From Bacteroidales bacterium (GTDB lineage: Bacteria; Bacteroidota; Bacteroidia; Bacteroidales; FEN-979): DNA of 64,000 nt. Under the pieces are notes generated by a model. The model worked only from the letters and a program-made list of their open reading frames with translations, was not told the origin of the DNA and made no database searches. This document shows, piece by piece, positions 38,601-46,238 of this stretch (its first letter is position 1; each line of letters starts with the position of its first letter). The translations under genes were made by a program, and so were the position numbers. The stretch lies in the NCBI GenBank assembly GCA_030681475.1, contig JAUXWT010000035.1, forward strand, positions 4,428-68,427. Direction: 5' to 3'.

Positions 38601-40807
38601 CGGCCGGGACGTACCAGGTACGGCTTGTTGTGACCAACTTGGCCAATTGTGAGGACTCTGTGACCATCCCGGTGATTTCACGACCTGCACCAGTAGCCAA
38701 TTTTACTTCTGTTTCATATTTCTGCCCGGCAGGAAAGGTTGATTTCCAGGATATCTCCACTGCAACAGCATCTACGATTGCCAATCGATTATGGACCTTT
38801 GAACCCGGATATACCTCCAACATAGCAAATCCTTCGCATACCTTCTCGGTGCCGAATATGAACTATGGGGTCAGTCTGATCGTTACGGATACCTATGGGT
38901 GCAAGGATACCATTGTTGACAGTGTTTTTGTGAAACCCGGGTTTACATTCTCCTACAGGTTTGATACGGTATGCCAGGGTTATCCGACTCAGTTCACGCC
39001 ATTGGTTCTCACTCCTGGAGATACGCTTTATTCCGTCAGATGGAATTTTGGTGATCCGACTTCAGGCCCTGCCAACTCATCGCAATTATATGCCCCAACG
39101 CATACGTTCATGGGAGGTCCGAATACCTATATTGTAAAGATGAAAGCCTACAACACGGATAATTGTGTTGACAGTGTGTATCGTGAAGTTAAAGTAAACG
39201 CACCGCCCAAACCTTTGTTCAGTTTTATCTCAACACCCTGCCATGATACGATCCAATTCACTGATGCAACCGTGGATCCAGGCACTGGGGCAATACAAAA
39301 CTGGTCATGGGACTTTGGTGATCCGCCCAGCCCCGACAATACATCCTCCCTGCAGAACCCTGCACACTACTATGCCAATCCGGGTATTTATAAGGTCCGG
39401 CTGATTGTTACCAACGGCGGTTCATGTATCGACAGTATTTCCAGAATGGTGCAGCGTTTTCCATGCATAGCCGCAGGATTCACTTACCTTGATACATTAT
39501 GTGCCAGGAATAAGATTGCTTTCTCTGATACTTCATTGCCGGTTGCACTCATAAATCAGTGGAGATGGTATTGGGGAGATGGCAAGGATACCACCTATAC
39601 AAAGCATACCTCTCCTGTAATGCATACTTATGCCGATAGTGGTACCTATCCGGTGAAATTGAAGATATGGGCTTTGGTTGACGGAACCAACATCGTCGAC
39701 AGTTTGATCAGCACGGTTAAGGTGCGTCCCACACCACTTCCGTATTTCTCCAACGTGCCTGTTTGTTTGAACCAGATATCACTTTTCAGGGATACCTCAA
39801 AAACCTTCGGAGTGGGTGTCTCAAAATGGAATTGGACCTTCGGTGCAAAACCAACGGATACTTCAAGGGTTAAAAATCCAAGTCATATTTATGACACTGC
39901 CGGCATCTATAATGTAAAGCTCATTGTAAAGAATAAATTCGGGTGCAAGGACTCATTGACCAAACCTACCCGAATCTACGGGCTCCCGGTAGCGAAATAC
40001 GATAATTCTGTTGCCTGTATCGGTGATCCGACTTTCTTCACGGACAAATCGGTGAAATCAGACACAACATTTGGTTTCTGGCGCTGGTTCTTCGGAGATC
40101 CAACGACCATGAAAGATACTTCCAACCTGAAGAATCCAAGTTACAGGTATCCCATTGCCGGAGATTTCTCCATCAGGATGATCGTAAGAGATCATTATAA
40201 TTGTATCGATACGGTTGACTCGACTGTTAAGGTTAACATTACTCCTGTGAGCGCTTTTACTGTTGTTAACGGTTACAATGGTAAGCAGGGCCAGGTGAAA
40301 ATCAACAACGTTTCCACCGGCGCGAACAGCTACTCCTGGAGTTTCGGGAATGGAAAATTTTCGACGGAAGAAAATCCGGTTGCACTCTTCACCGAAGATG
40401 GCACCTATTCCATACGGTTGATTTCGATGAATGAGTTCGATTGTTCCGATACAACCTATTATAAGTACGAATTATTATTTAAGGGATTGTATGTTCCAAA
40501 TGCCTTTTCACCATCAGGGACAAATCTTGGAGTACGGCTGTTTCAGCCGGTCGGGATTAACCTTAAACAGTATCATGTTTCTGTGTTTGATATATGGGGG
40601 CATTTGATGTGGGAATCCACAAAGCTCGATGATAAAGGTATGCCAACCGAAGGTTGGGATGGTACTCACCAGGGGGTGTTAATGCCACAAGGAAACTACA
40701 TGTGGAAGATCAACGCATCTTTTGTTGATGATTCGCAATGGGAGGGATCTGATATTGGCGTGGGTGGCTCGAATAAAACCATGGGAACAGTCTCTTTAAT
40801 CCGATAA
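32636..40807 (+). CDS. Giant cell-surface protein: 27 PKD-like repeats plus T9SS type-B (gliding-motility-associated) C-terminal sorting domain
   Basis: Signal peptide. 27 occurrences of the W-x-F-G-D-G/P ... NP-x-H ... Y-x-V-x-L ... GC repeat core. The C-terminal YVPNAFSPSGTN...FQP...VFDIWGHLMWES...GWDGT...MPQGNYMWKI matches the TIGR04131-type CTD. Confidence 0.9.
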   Translation: MFHRLIRLLFLSVFFLSTGAGVIAQPCPDTNPVITGPDVVGANVNPVQYTTPLITGHTYSWVVTTVPGGTVVGISSTNILNQLWNTPGDYKIDLSEGISGNPCLPVVATSMNVLVKPMLAAYFYYEPDKDHGCYYNEVTFTATGNGNYPPADPLITYEWWWGEYNPPVPVTWVNTDITPIGPNNSVVKILYPATPGKTYATKLIVSKTITGRIWTDEIIDFVYVDPDKFKPIPVIASPTTPNCLIQPFSFSAVGSLVTQIPTTGVLLRYIRWDFGDGTFELFENPDGFITPPLTTTHIYTVPANGIVVTLTLINTKNCEENTTITINVPNTMPVAAFSYAQACVNLPATFTDNSLASIGNITDWWWYWDDGSTDHFNSVTNPPPNPVTHVFTDLLIHNVTLKVRNSNGCEHITVAIPVQAQPSPKADFSYPILSCTGDIVQFTNMSSPLTGTPIATYLWNFNDPLSPSNTSTDPNPTHLFSGPGSYQVTLTVTNQAGCSHTKTLTTNPLVVNPHPDIDFTAVQGATAYIQIFTAQINPAQNVGNNVHWTFGDGTNGFGSPITHTYPGPGSYIATCTGIDMVTGCSTVVEHEVVLGAPPAACFTANPPNQCQNVPVLFVPCPPGGLITTEHWDFGDGTPIQIFVPPSVPASPTHTYLGPGPYYVTRILNQGTPLEVSFSLWVTIYDAPAANFTWFSDPSLMHQGQACDGQLVYFMDQSYANSTPPGTIFKWLWNFDDPLSGPNNTSTLKNPTHAFTPVSLGGKSTYNVTLQAWENLQSCPSPVKQIPVPINPPIPVDFTFNNNVCLDQTVNFTTNPVTLPPANYTWLWNFGDGNTSTASGSVSNLYGAVGNYIVTLTLTDTNGCSKSKQQTVTIIPKPTCNFIFSSPTCFGQAIQFTSQSFVPLPYNDVIVAWQWDFGDGIGTATGTPTPSYTYPTFSSTGYPVTLTVTTNRGCSASKTINVQQIASPVAEFEVMAGTFSCATPQSVQFNSSLSQTNGGGAIVSWLWNFGDLTTSTLQNPAHIYATAGTKTVSLKVTNSNGCSHTITHDIIVNALPVANFTTSVACEGKVMQFTNASTTPLLTTIATYSWAFGDGGISALSSPAHTYSTYGIFQVTLTIVNSNGCIHSVTKPVTVHPNPVAAFTFSPATCVGNPVSFDDLSFIPSGFTEAIQTWEWDFDDGSTPLIINFPANPDVTYTFLGTATTHNVKLTVTTNNGCTAFIVKTVNSIPSPIANYSVSPTTCYGQPVQFTNQSQTNGGGSILSWLWNFGDPLSGALNTSVVQNPTHNFIGVSPFTVTLTVTSTNGCVNTYSGPPITVNALPVANFTNTNACEGNPTTFTNTSVANSTGGSFISYAWNFGDGGVSTQASPQHIYLAYGNYVVTLTVVNDNGCSHTVTRTITVNPKPVADFSFSPASCVGNPVNFFNQSFVPTGFSSYIQTWQWDFGDGSVIAPINFPNPPNITHVFLGTATTHIVRLTVTTTTGCVNFIEKTVTSVPTPIANFSHSNITCDNQPVQFTDLSQTNGGGSIQSWSWNFGDPASGVNNNSSVQHPTHQFSTANTFNITLIVTNGNGCKDTLLPRPQVVVNARPFANFRADTACLNSLTTFTDMSTPAASIVGYLWDFGDGQTSTASAPTHMYATTGNFNVKLKVTSNQGCVKDTTKAVLVLGKPVSSFSYSSPNCAGDSVQFTDLSSTPHGSINKWVWDFDDGTIVTVNFPANQNVKHKFTNGGTYNVKLTITTSDNCTAQKITPVQIGFRPLANFSFPSTSCALTPLQFTDLSQTNGGSSITTWLWNFGDPASGANNTSTTQNPTHTFTTGGPHIVRLMVTNANGCNDSVVGGKTVTVNAAPVAIFSADTSCMASPTMFTDASTTPSGTIIAWAWNFGDPPSGGNNTSTMQNPTHTYYGQGTYNVKLQVTNSNQCKKDTIIPLVVNPKPTAMFQYTASCVNSETQFTDMSIAPGSGLKSWSWDFGDGSPIVTIQNPAHVYTTAGTYQVRLVVTNLANCEDSVTIPVISRPAPVANFTSVSYFCPAGKVDFQDISTATASTIANRLWTFEPGYTSNIANPSHTFSVPNMNYGVSLIVTDTYGCKDTIVDSVFVKPGFTFSYRFDTVCQGYPTQFTPLVLTPGDTLYSVRWNFGDPTSGPANSSQLYAPTHTFMGGPNTYIVKMKAYNTDNCVDSVYREVKVNAPPKPLFSFISTPCHDTIQFTDATVDPGTGAIQNWSWDFGDPPSPDNTSSLQNPAHYYANPGIYKVRLIVTNGGSCIDSISRMVQRFPCIAAGFTYLDTLCARNKIAFSDTSLPVALINQWRWYWGDGKDTTYTKHTSPVMHTYADSGTYPVKLKIWALVDGTNIVDSLISTVKVRPTPLPYFSNVPVCLNQISLFRDTSKTFGVGVSKWNWTFGAKPTDTSRVKNPSHIYDTAGIYNVKLIVKNKFGCKDSLTKPTRIYGLPVAKYDNSVACIGDPTFFTDKSVKSDTTFGFWRWFFGDPTTMKDTSNLKNPSYRYPIAGDFSIRMIVRDHYNCIDTVDSTVKVNITPVSAFTVVNGYNGKQGQVKINNVSTGANSYSWSFGNGKFSTEENPVALFTEDGTYSIRLISMNEFDCSDTTYYKYELLFKGLYVPNAFSPSGTNLGVRLFQPVGINLKQYHVSVFDIWGHLMWESTKLDDKGMPTEGWDGTHQGVLMPQGNYMWKINASFVDDSQWEGSDIGVGGSNKTMGTVSLIR
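35789..38170 (+). repeat. Higher-order tandem repeat inside the giant gene: three copies of a 3-PKD cassette (266, 268 and 260 aa)
   Basis: Cassettes start at 35789 (NALPVANFT), 36587 (NALPVANFT) and 37391 (NARPFANFR). A fourth cassette begins at 38171 (NAAPVAIFS) and then diverges. Subrepeat-specific motifs recur in register: LGTATTH, SQTNGGGSI-SW-WNFGDP. Confidence 0.8.
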
Positions 40808-40825
40808 TCGCTAACTACATTCTCA

Positions 40826-41929
40826 ATGAAAAACAGATATATATATCCGATACTTGTGGTTCTGAGTTTACTTGGGATTGTTCCGGATGCGCATTGTCAG
40901 GACATGAACTATTCGCAGTATTTCAGCACACCGATCTACTATAATCCTGCCTATACCGGCATTAACACCGGCGTCAGGGCACGGTTTCTGTATCGGAATC
41001 AATGGCCAAGTCTTCCGATTCCATTCAAGTCCTATTTCTTCTCTGCTGACCTTGGTGACAGGAATCTTCCCGGATCAGGTGGCCTCGGGATCATGATCAA
41101 CCAGGATACCCCTGGCGTTGGTTTGATCAACAATTTCGGCGCAGCGCTCACGATAGGGGTGCGGATTCCCATATCCAGTTTCATGGTCACCCAGATGGGG
41201 ATCAAAGCAGGCATTATGCAGCGCAGGGTAAATTGGGATGATCTTGTGTTTGCCAGTCAGCTCGATCCAAAGTACGGTAATGTTTACCTTTCCACCTTTA
41301 TTCCTCCGGATGCCAGCAAGCGTGTCGTACCTGATTTTGGTGTTGGCGGCGTTTTGCAATTCATCAATCCCGGAGGTAATATCAGCGGGAACATTGGTTT
41401 GGGGGTTGATCATATCTTTAAACCGGACGTCAGTTTTCTTTCGACTGGTTCAGCGCCCTATCCACGGAAATGGGTTGGTCAGTTCGATCTGATCATCGCT
41501 ACCGGTCCGGTTGGATCTTCAATGATGTCACGGTCAAATGACGAACCGTTAAAGGTAAATATTGGGGGGATTTATCAGAATCAGGCAAACCTGAACTCGC
41601 TTCAGATTGGACTTAACCTGCTGAAATTCAATATTTATGTTGGCGGTTGGTTTAAATCAACCATGACGGGAGTTGTCAACAGTTCCATGGCGCTGGTGGC
41701 AGGATACAAATATTCCTTTTATGAAGACATGAACATTAAGTTTATGTACAGTTATGACCTGCAGATTTCCGGAGCGCTACAGGGTACCGGTGGCGCCCAT
41801 GAAATAAGCCTGATTTTGGAATTTGATAAACTGTCAATCTTTGGCGGCGGCGGCGGCGGCGGATATATTCCAGGCTCCGGTAGCCGCCGGGGCGGTGGTG
41901 GTCCGATGGAATGCCCGACATTCTACTAG
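40826..41929 (+). CDS. PorP/SprF-family type IX secretion system membrane protein
   Basis: Signal peptide, then QDMNYSQYFSTPIYYNPAYTG. Glycine-rich tail ending CPTFY. Lies immediately downstream (18 nt) of a type-B CTD cargo gene. Confidence 0.85.
   Translation: MKNRYIYPILVVLSLLGIVPDAHCQDMNYSQYFSTPIYYNPAYTGINTGVRARFLYRNQWPSLPIPFKSYFFSADLGDRNLPGSGGLGIMINQDTPGVGLINNFGAALTIGVRIPISSFMVTQMGIKAGIMQRRVNWDDLVFASQLDPKYGNVYLSTFIPPDASKRVVPDFGVGGVLQFINPGGNISGNIGLGVDHIFKPDVSFLSTGSAPYPRKWVGQFDLIIATGPVGSSMMSRSNDEPLKVNIGGIYQNQANLNSLQIGLNLLKFNIYVGGWFKSTMTGVVNSSMALVAGYKYSFYEDMNIKFMYSYDLQISGALQGTGGAHEISLILEFDKLSIFGGGGGGGYIPGSGSRRGGGGPMECPTFY
41843..41860 (+). repeat. (GGC)6 trinucleotide repeat inside the PorP/SprF tail
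   Basis: Direct read. Encodes part of the GGGGGGG run. Confidence 0.9.
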
Positions 41930-41932
41930 TAT

Positions 41933-43198
41933 TTACATGTTCGCAATGATCTCTGTGCCGAATTCCGAACATTTGAGTTTTGTTGCTCCATCCATCAACC
42001 GTTCAAAGTCATAGGTTACCCTTTTCTTCGCGATCGCTCCTTCAAGACCTTTAACGATCATTCGGGCTGCCTCATTCCATCCCATGTATTCAAGCATCAT
42101 TACCCCGGACAGGATAACCGATCCCGGATTTACCTGGTCTTTCCCGGCGTATTTAGGCGCTGTACCATGTGTCGCTTCAAAAACTGCATGACCAGTAACA
42201 TAGTTGATGTTGGCTCCCGGAGCAATACCTATACCTCCCACGATGGCAGCAAGCGCATCAGAGATGTAGTCGCCATTTAGGTTTAATGTTGCAATTACGG
42301 AGTATTCAGCCGGACGGGTGAGGATTTGCTGTAGGAAAGCATCTGCAATAACATCTTTGATAATGATTTTCCCCTTTGAAATTGCCTCTTTTTGGGCAGT
42401 CTCCGCCGCAGTTTCCCCCTCATTTGCTTTGATCATGTCGTAGGTCATCCAGGTAAATACCTTGTCGCCAAATTCGCGTTCAGCCAGTTCATAGCCCCAC
42501 TGCTTGAACTGCCCTTCGGTGAATTTCATGATGTTCCCCTTGTGCACCAGCGTAACGGATGGTTTTTTATTGGTGATGGCAAAAAGGATGGCAGCCCTGA
42601 CCAGGCGCTCGGTACCTTCTTTCGACACGGGTTTTATCCCGATCGAGGAGGTCTCGGGGAACCGTATTTTTTTAACGCCCATCTCTGTGGTAAGAAACCT
42701 GATCACTTTTTCAACTTCGGGCGTTCCCTGCATCCATTCAATGCCTGCATAAATATCTTCAGAGTTCTCGCGGAAAATGACCATATCAGTGGTCTCAGGC
42801 CGTTTAACCGGAGAAGGGACTCCTGTAAAATATCGAATCGGGCGAACGCATGCGTAAAGATCAAGGATCTGGCGCAGCGCTACGTTAAGCGAGCGGATAC
42901 CACCGCCAACCGGGGTTGTCAGCGGTCCTTTGATGGCTACCAGGTATTCACGGATCACATCCAGGGTTTCCTGCGGGAGCCATTCTCCTGTTTGATGGAA
43001 AGCCTTTTCGCCTGCCAGCACTTCACGCCAGTCAATTTTACGTTTGCCGCTATAAGATTTTTCTACTGCAGCGTCCAGCACGCGCACGCTGGAGCGCCAG
43101 ATATCGGGCCCGGTTCCATCGCCTTCGATAAAAGGGATTACCGGGTTGTCGGGTACGTTTAGTTTCCCGTTAATTAATGTAATTTTTTCTCCATTCAT
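41933..43198 (-). CDS. icd: NADP-dependent isocitrate dehydrogenase
   Basis: 421 aa. [18 protein letters not shown] and [10 protein letters not shown] motifs. Confidence 0.92.
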   Translation of the reverse strand: MNGEKITLINGKLNVPDNPVIPFIEGDGTGPDIWRSSVRVLDAAVEKSYSGKRKIDWREVLAGEKAFHQTGEWLPQETLDVIREYLVAIKGPLTTPVGGGIRSLNVALRQILDLYACVRPIRYFTGVPSPVKRPETTDMVIFRENSEDIYAGIEWMQGTPEVEKVIRFLTTEMGVKKIRFPETSSIGIKPVSKEGTERLVRAAILFAITNKKPSVTLVHKGNIMKFTEGQFKQWGYELAEREFGDKVFTWMTYDMIKANEGETAAETAQKEAISKGKIIIKDVIADAFLQQILTRPAEYSVIATLNLNGDYISDALAAIVGGIGIAPGANINYVTGHAVFEATHGTAPKYAGKDQVNPGSVILSGVMMLEYMGWNEAARMIVKGLEGAIAKKRVTYDFERLMDGATKLKCSEFGTEIIANM

Positions 43199-43263
43199 AA
43201 CAACAATATTAATAAGTAAGGTGCGATAATTTCATTGGTAAAATTACGACTATTTTAAATTCA

Positions 43264-44130
43264 TCACGTGGTAATCAACCGGTCAACGATCAGCGAAATC
43301 ATAACGATCATCAGAAAAAGGTTGGCTGCAATAAATATAAGGCGGTACCGCATGACCCTGGCCATGAAGAGTTGCCAGGCCATGAGCAGCAGCAATAGAA
43401 TATTCATGCCGATGATCGCATATCCCAGGGCTGGAAGATGCAGTATCTTAAAATAAACCAACATAATTGAAGCGCCTGACGATGCGCTCATCCATACCAT
43501 CACAATTGTTTTGATCTGGAATTCGCTAAAAAAGTCGCTCAGCGCCGGAAATCCTGCCTTCCGGTATTCGTGGCCATATTTGAGGGTCAGCATCCAGAAA
43601 TGGGGCATCTGCCATATGAACAGGAAAAAGGCAAGGAATATTGCTTCAGGGTCAAGCAGCGAACCGCCACCGGCCGACCATCCCATGAAAATGGGGATGG
43701 CTCCGGTCAGCGCCCCGGGCACCACTGCAAAGGCTGTTTTTCGTTTCAGATAAGTGTAAATGCCGTTGTACCATATCAGATTGATAAATCCGAGGATAAA
43801 AACGACCGGCGGGGCATAATAAAGCAGGATCATCATACCGCCTAAAATGAAGAACATGGAATACCTTAATGCTTCTGCCGTGGTAATTCGTCGCGAAGGA
43901 AGCGGGCGTTTTCGGGTGCGTTCCATCTTCTCGTCGTATGGCCATTCCTGGTATTGATTAAATGCTGACGCCCCAGAAGCCAGTAAAAAGATCCCGGCAA
44001 TTGAAATGAAGGATTCAGGAGTGAGTTCGACAGAGCTGAGGACCAGGGCTGTAAATGCAGTAAAGGTAACAGCCAACGATACAGGGAACCTTGTTAAAGA
44101 AAGAATTATCCGGAAAATGGAGGGGTGCAA
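43264..44130 (-). CDS. cyoE: Protoheme IX farnesyltransferase (heme O synthase)
   Basis: UbiA-family polytopic protein (NQYQEWPYDEKMERTRKRPLPS) at the end of the oxidase cluster. Confidence 0.8.
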   Translation of the reverse strand: MHPSIFRIILSLTRFPVSLAVTFTAFTALVLSSVELTPESFISIAGIFLLASGASAFNQYQEWPYDEKMERTRKRPLPSRRITTAEALRYSMFFILGGMMILLYYAPPVVFILGFINLIWYNGIYTYLKRKTAFAVVPGALTGAIPIFMGWSAGGGSLLDPEAIFLAFFLFIWQMPHFWMLTLKYGHEYRKAGFPALSDFFSEFQIKTIVMVWMSASSGASIMLVYFKILHLPALGYAIIGMNILLLLLMAWQLFMARVMRYRLIFIAANLFLMIVMISLIVDRLITT

Positions 44131-44144
44131 AAGTTTGGCCGTAT

Positions 44145-45050
44145 TTATTTGATGGTTTTAAGATAGTCGATGACCTTGTTCATTTCATCTTCGGTAACAA
44201 TGCCCCGATAGGTTTTCATAAGTCCTTTGGGATATCCAACCACCAGGTCTTTGTCGGGATCATAAACGGATGTCATGATATACTCGTCATCCACGGTAAT
44301 CGATCGTTCAGTTCCATTGGTTACCACCTTCTCCGTTTTTCCATAAAGTCCTTTAAATGAGGTGCTCACAATCTTGGACCCATCAATGGAATGGCAACCG
44401 GTACACGCATTTTTCTTCAATATCACAAGGCCATCCGGTTCGGCTGATTTTTCCGGTAATGCTTTGAGCCAGGCCGCGTATTCTTCCTCGGAGACCACCC
44501 GTGTTTTGGTTTCCATGTATGAGTGACGCAATCCGCAATACACAGTACATAACACGTCATATTCGCCCGGTTGCTGGGCGATGAACCACATGTAATTCTT
44601 TTTTCCCGGCACGACATCCTCTTTGATCCGAAATGCAGGTATGTACAAACTGTGAATAACATCGTCGCTATGGAGATTCAGTTTTACCGCTTTGTTTAAG
44701 GGAACAACCAGTACAGGTGATTGTTTACCACCTTCGTATTCAAATGTCCAGACCCACATTTTCCCAATCACTGTTATTGGAATGGCATCTTTGGGAACAT
44801 TCCTCATTGGACTAAAGGCAACATATCCATAATAAAACATGAGCAGTACCAGGATCAGCGGGACGGTAATCCATGTAAATTCCAGAAAGTTGTTGTCCTT
44901 GATCTGGACAGCCTGCGGATGTCTTTTACGGTTGTAGCGATAAACGAAATAGAGCATCACCGTTGTAATCCCTACAAGGAAAAACAGACTTATCCCGAAA
45001 ATGATTTTAAAGGCCAGATCTACACCTTCAACAAAATTTGAAGCACCCAT
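44145..45050 (-). CDS. Cytochrome c oxidase subunit II with fused C-terminal cytochrome c domain (caa3 type)
   Basis: Two N-terminal TM helices. CuA motif CTVYCGLRHSYM. C-terminal haem site CTGCHS. Confidence 0.88.
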   Translation of the reverse strand: MGASNFVEGVDLAFKIIFGISLFFLVGITTVMLYFVYRYNRKRHPQAVQIKDNNFLEFTWITVPLILVLLMFYYGYVAFSPMRNVPKDAIPITVIGKMWVWTFEYEGGKQSPVLVVPLNKAVKLNLHSDDVIHSLYIPAFRIKEDVVPGKKNYMWFIAQQPGEYDVLCTVYCGLRHSYMETKTRVVSEEEYAAWLKALPEKSAEPDGLVILKKNACTGCHSIDGSKIVSTSFKGLYGKTEKVVTNGTERSITVDDEYIMTSVYDPDKDLVVGYPKGLMKTYRGIVTEDEMNKVIDYLKTIK

Positions 45051-45056
45051 ATTTTT

Positions 45057-45088
45057 GAATTACGAATTACGAATTATGAATTACGATT
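45057..45088. repeat. Tandem 7-mer array GAATTAC x4.5
   Basis: Starts 7 nt upstream of the subunit II start codon. Read on the minus strand it is GTAATTC. Confidence 0.85.
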
Positions 45089-45137
45089 TTTATTCCGCCA
45101 GCCACATTAAGCCTCCCACCCAGCCACCAATCCGCCA

Positions 45138-45241
45138 GTCCCCTTGTCCCCTTGTCCCCTTGTCCCCTTGTCCCCTTGTCCCCTTGTCCCTTTGTCCCCT
45201 TGTCCCCTTGTCCCCTTGTCCCCTTGTCCCCATGTCCACCT
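45138..45241. repeat. Tandem 8-mer array GTCCCCTT, 13 units (11 near-perfect)
   Basis: Direct read. On the minus (cox sense) strand it reads (GGGGACAA)n. Confidence 0.95.
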
Positions 45242-45243
45242 GT

Positions 45244-45528
45244 TTACCTATACGCATAATCAGCCAACGTAAATAAAATGACCAACACATAAATAAATAA
45301 TACGATGAATACAAATACACGAAACAACGTTGATTCATATTTCAGGTGCATGAAGTATGTAAGTACAATGAAGGATTTTACCGAGGCGATCAGCAGGGCA
45401 ATAAACACTGTGAGCGCCGATAAATCAATCCAAGTCACGGTAACTGTGATGACTGTAAAAGTTAGCAGCGTGATCAGAACCCACGCATGCGAACGATAGG
45501 GGGTGATATGGACGGTTTCGGGATGCAT
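45244..45528 (-). CDS. Cytochrome c oxidase subunit IV family protein (prokaryotic CoxD-like)
   Basis: 94 aa, 3 TM helices, YFMHLKYES motif. Positioned between subunits III and II. Confidence 0.7.
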   Translation of the reverse strand: MHPETVHITPYRSHAWVLITLLTFTVITVTVTWIDLSALTVFIALLIASVKSFIVLTYFMHLKYESTLFRVFVFIVLFIYVLVILFTLADYAYR

Positions 45529-45537
45529 TTTTTTTAG

Positions 45538-45570
45538 AATTTACGATTTACGATTAGACGATTTACGATT
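45538..45570. repeat. Tandem 7-mer array ATTTACG (about 4 units, one with a 1-nt insertion)
   Basis: Lies in the spacer between subunit III and subunit IV. Confidence 0.8.
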
Positions 45571-45600
45571 GAATTTAAGACTTCTCAATGTCGCGACCTC

Positions 45601-46194
45601 TTATGTTATGAGGTACAATAGCGGAAATAAAAAAATCCAGATCAAGTCGACCAGATGCCAGTAAAGACCTCCGTTTTCCAATAGAACATAGCGGTCGGCA
45701 TTTATTGTACCTTTTTTAACCTTGATCATTACAATGGTCAGTATGATTCCGCCAACAACAAGATGGAACATGTGTAACCCAGTCATAAAATAGTAGAGGC
45801 TGAAAAACATGACCTGTCCATGGCTTAGCGTAACCATCAGGTCGGAGCCAGGGTAAAGGCCGATGTGAATTTTATGACCCCATTCAAAATATTTATTGAC
45901 CATGAACGCCGCTGCACACAAAAGGGTAATAAACAAGAGGATCACAGCCAGTTTTTTATTTCCTTTTTGTATCGCAGTGATCGACATTGCCACTGTAGCG
46001 CTGCTTAGCAAAAGAACAACAGTGTTGATCGTCCCGATAAAGGCATTCAGATGGTGAGCTGCCTGATGGAATTCGTCGGGATAACTGCTGCGCATGATCG
46101 CATAAACAAGAAATAATCCGCCAAAGAGGAGTATCTCGGTAAATATAAATAACCACATTCCTAATTTTGCACCAATGTCGTCGCGATGTTCCAT
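45601..46194 (-). CDS. Cytochrome c oxidase subunit III
   Basis: 197 aa, 5 TM helices. FIFTEILLFGGLF and YWHLVDLIWIFLFP motifs. Confidence 0.88.
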   Translation of the reverse strand: MEHRDDIGAKLGMWLFIFTEILLFGGLFLVYAIMRSSYPDEFHQAAHHLNAFIGTINTVVLLLSSATVAMSITAIQKGNKKLAVILLFITLLCAAAFMVNKYFEWGHKIHIGLYPGSDLMVTLSHGQVMFFSLYYFMTGLHMFHLVVGGIILTIVMIKVKKGTINADRYVLLENGGLYWHLVDLIWIFLFPLLYLIT

Positions 46195-46201
46195 ATTTCA
46201 A

Positions 46202-46238
46202 GTTACGATTTACGATTTATGATTTTTCACCATTTCAC
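46202..46238. repeat. Composite array: GTTACGA/TTTACGA/TTTATGA 7-mers followed by TTCACC-ATTTCAC
   Basis: Fills the 43-nt spacer between subunit I and subunit III. Confidence 0.75.

Noticed and set aside
42392-43162. 256-aa ORF antisense to icd. Similar long shadow ORFs lie at 12527..13129 (mnmA), 59192..59857 and 58073..58606 (priA), 60509..61063 (ppk1), 53653..54150 (DUF5686-like), 50190..50675 (NrfD-like) and 63284..63817 (glyA).
   Set aside because: Each lies wholly inside, and opposite to, a gene with strong family motifs. Their peptides are low-complexity or Arg/His-rich with no recognisable motifs, which is typical of antisense shadow ORFs.
45138-45241. Possible CRISPR array (also considered for 19021-19104 and 56221-56643)
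   Set aside because: The units are 7-9 nt and directly abutting, with no unique spacers. No cas genes or leader are present in the window.
45001-45338. ORFs 45001..45276 (+) and 45090..45338 (-) with PLVPLSPC / GQGDKGTR periodic peptides
   Set aside because: Both are read-throughs of the GTCCCCTT array and overlap the ends of the cox subunit II and IV genes.
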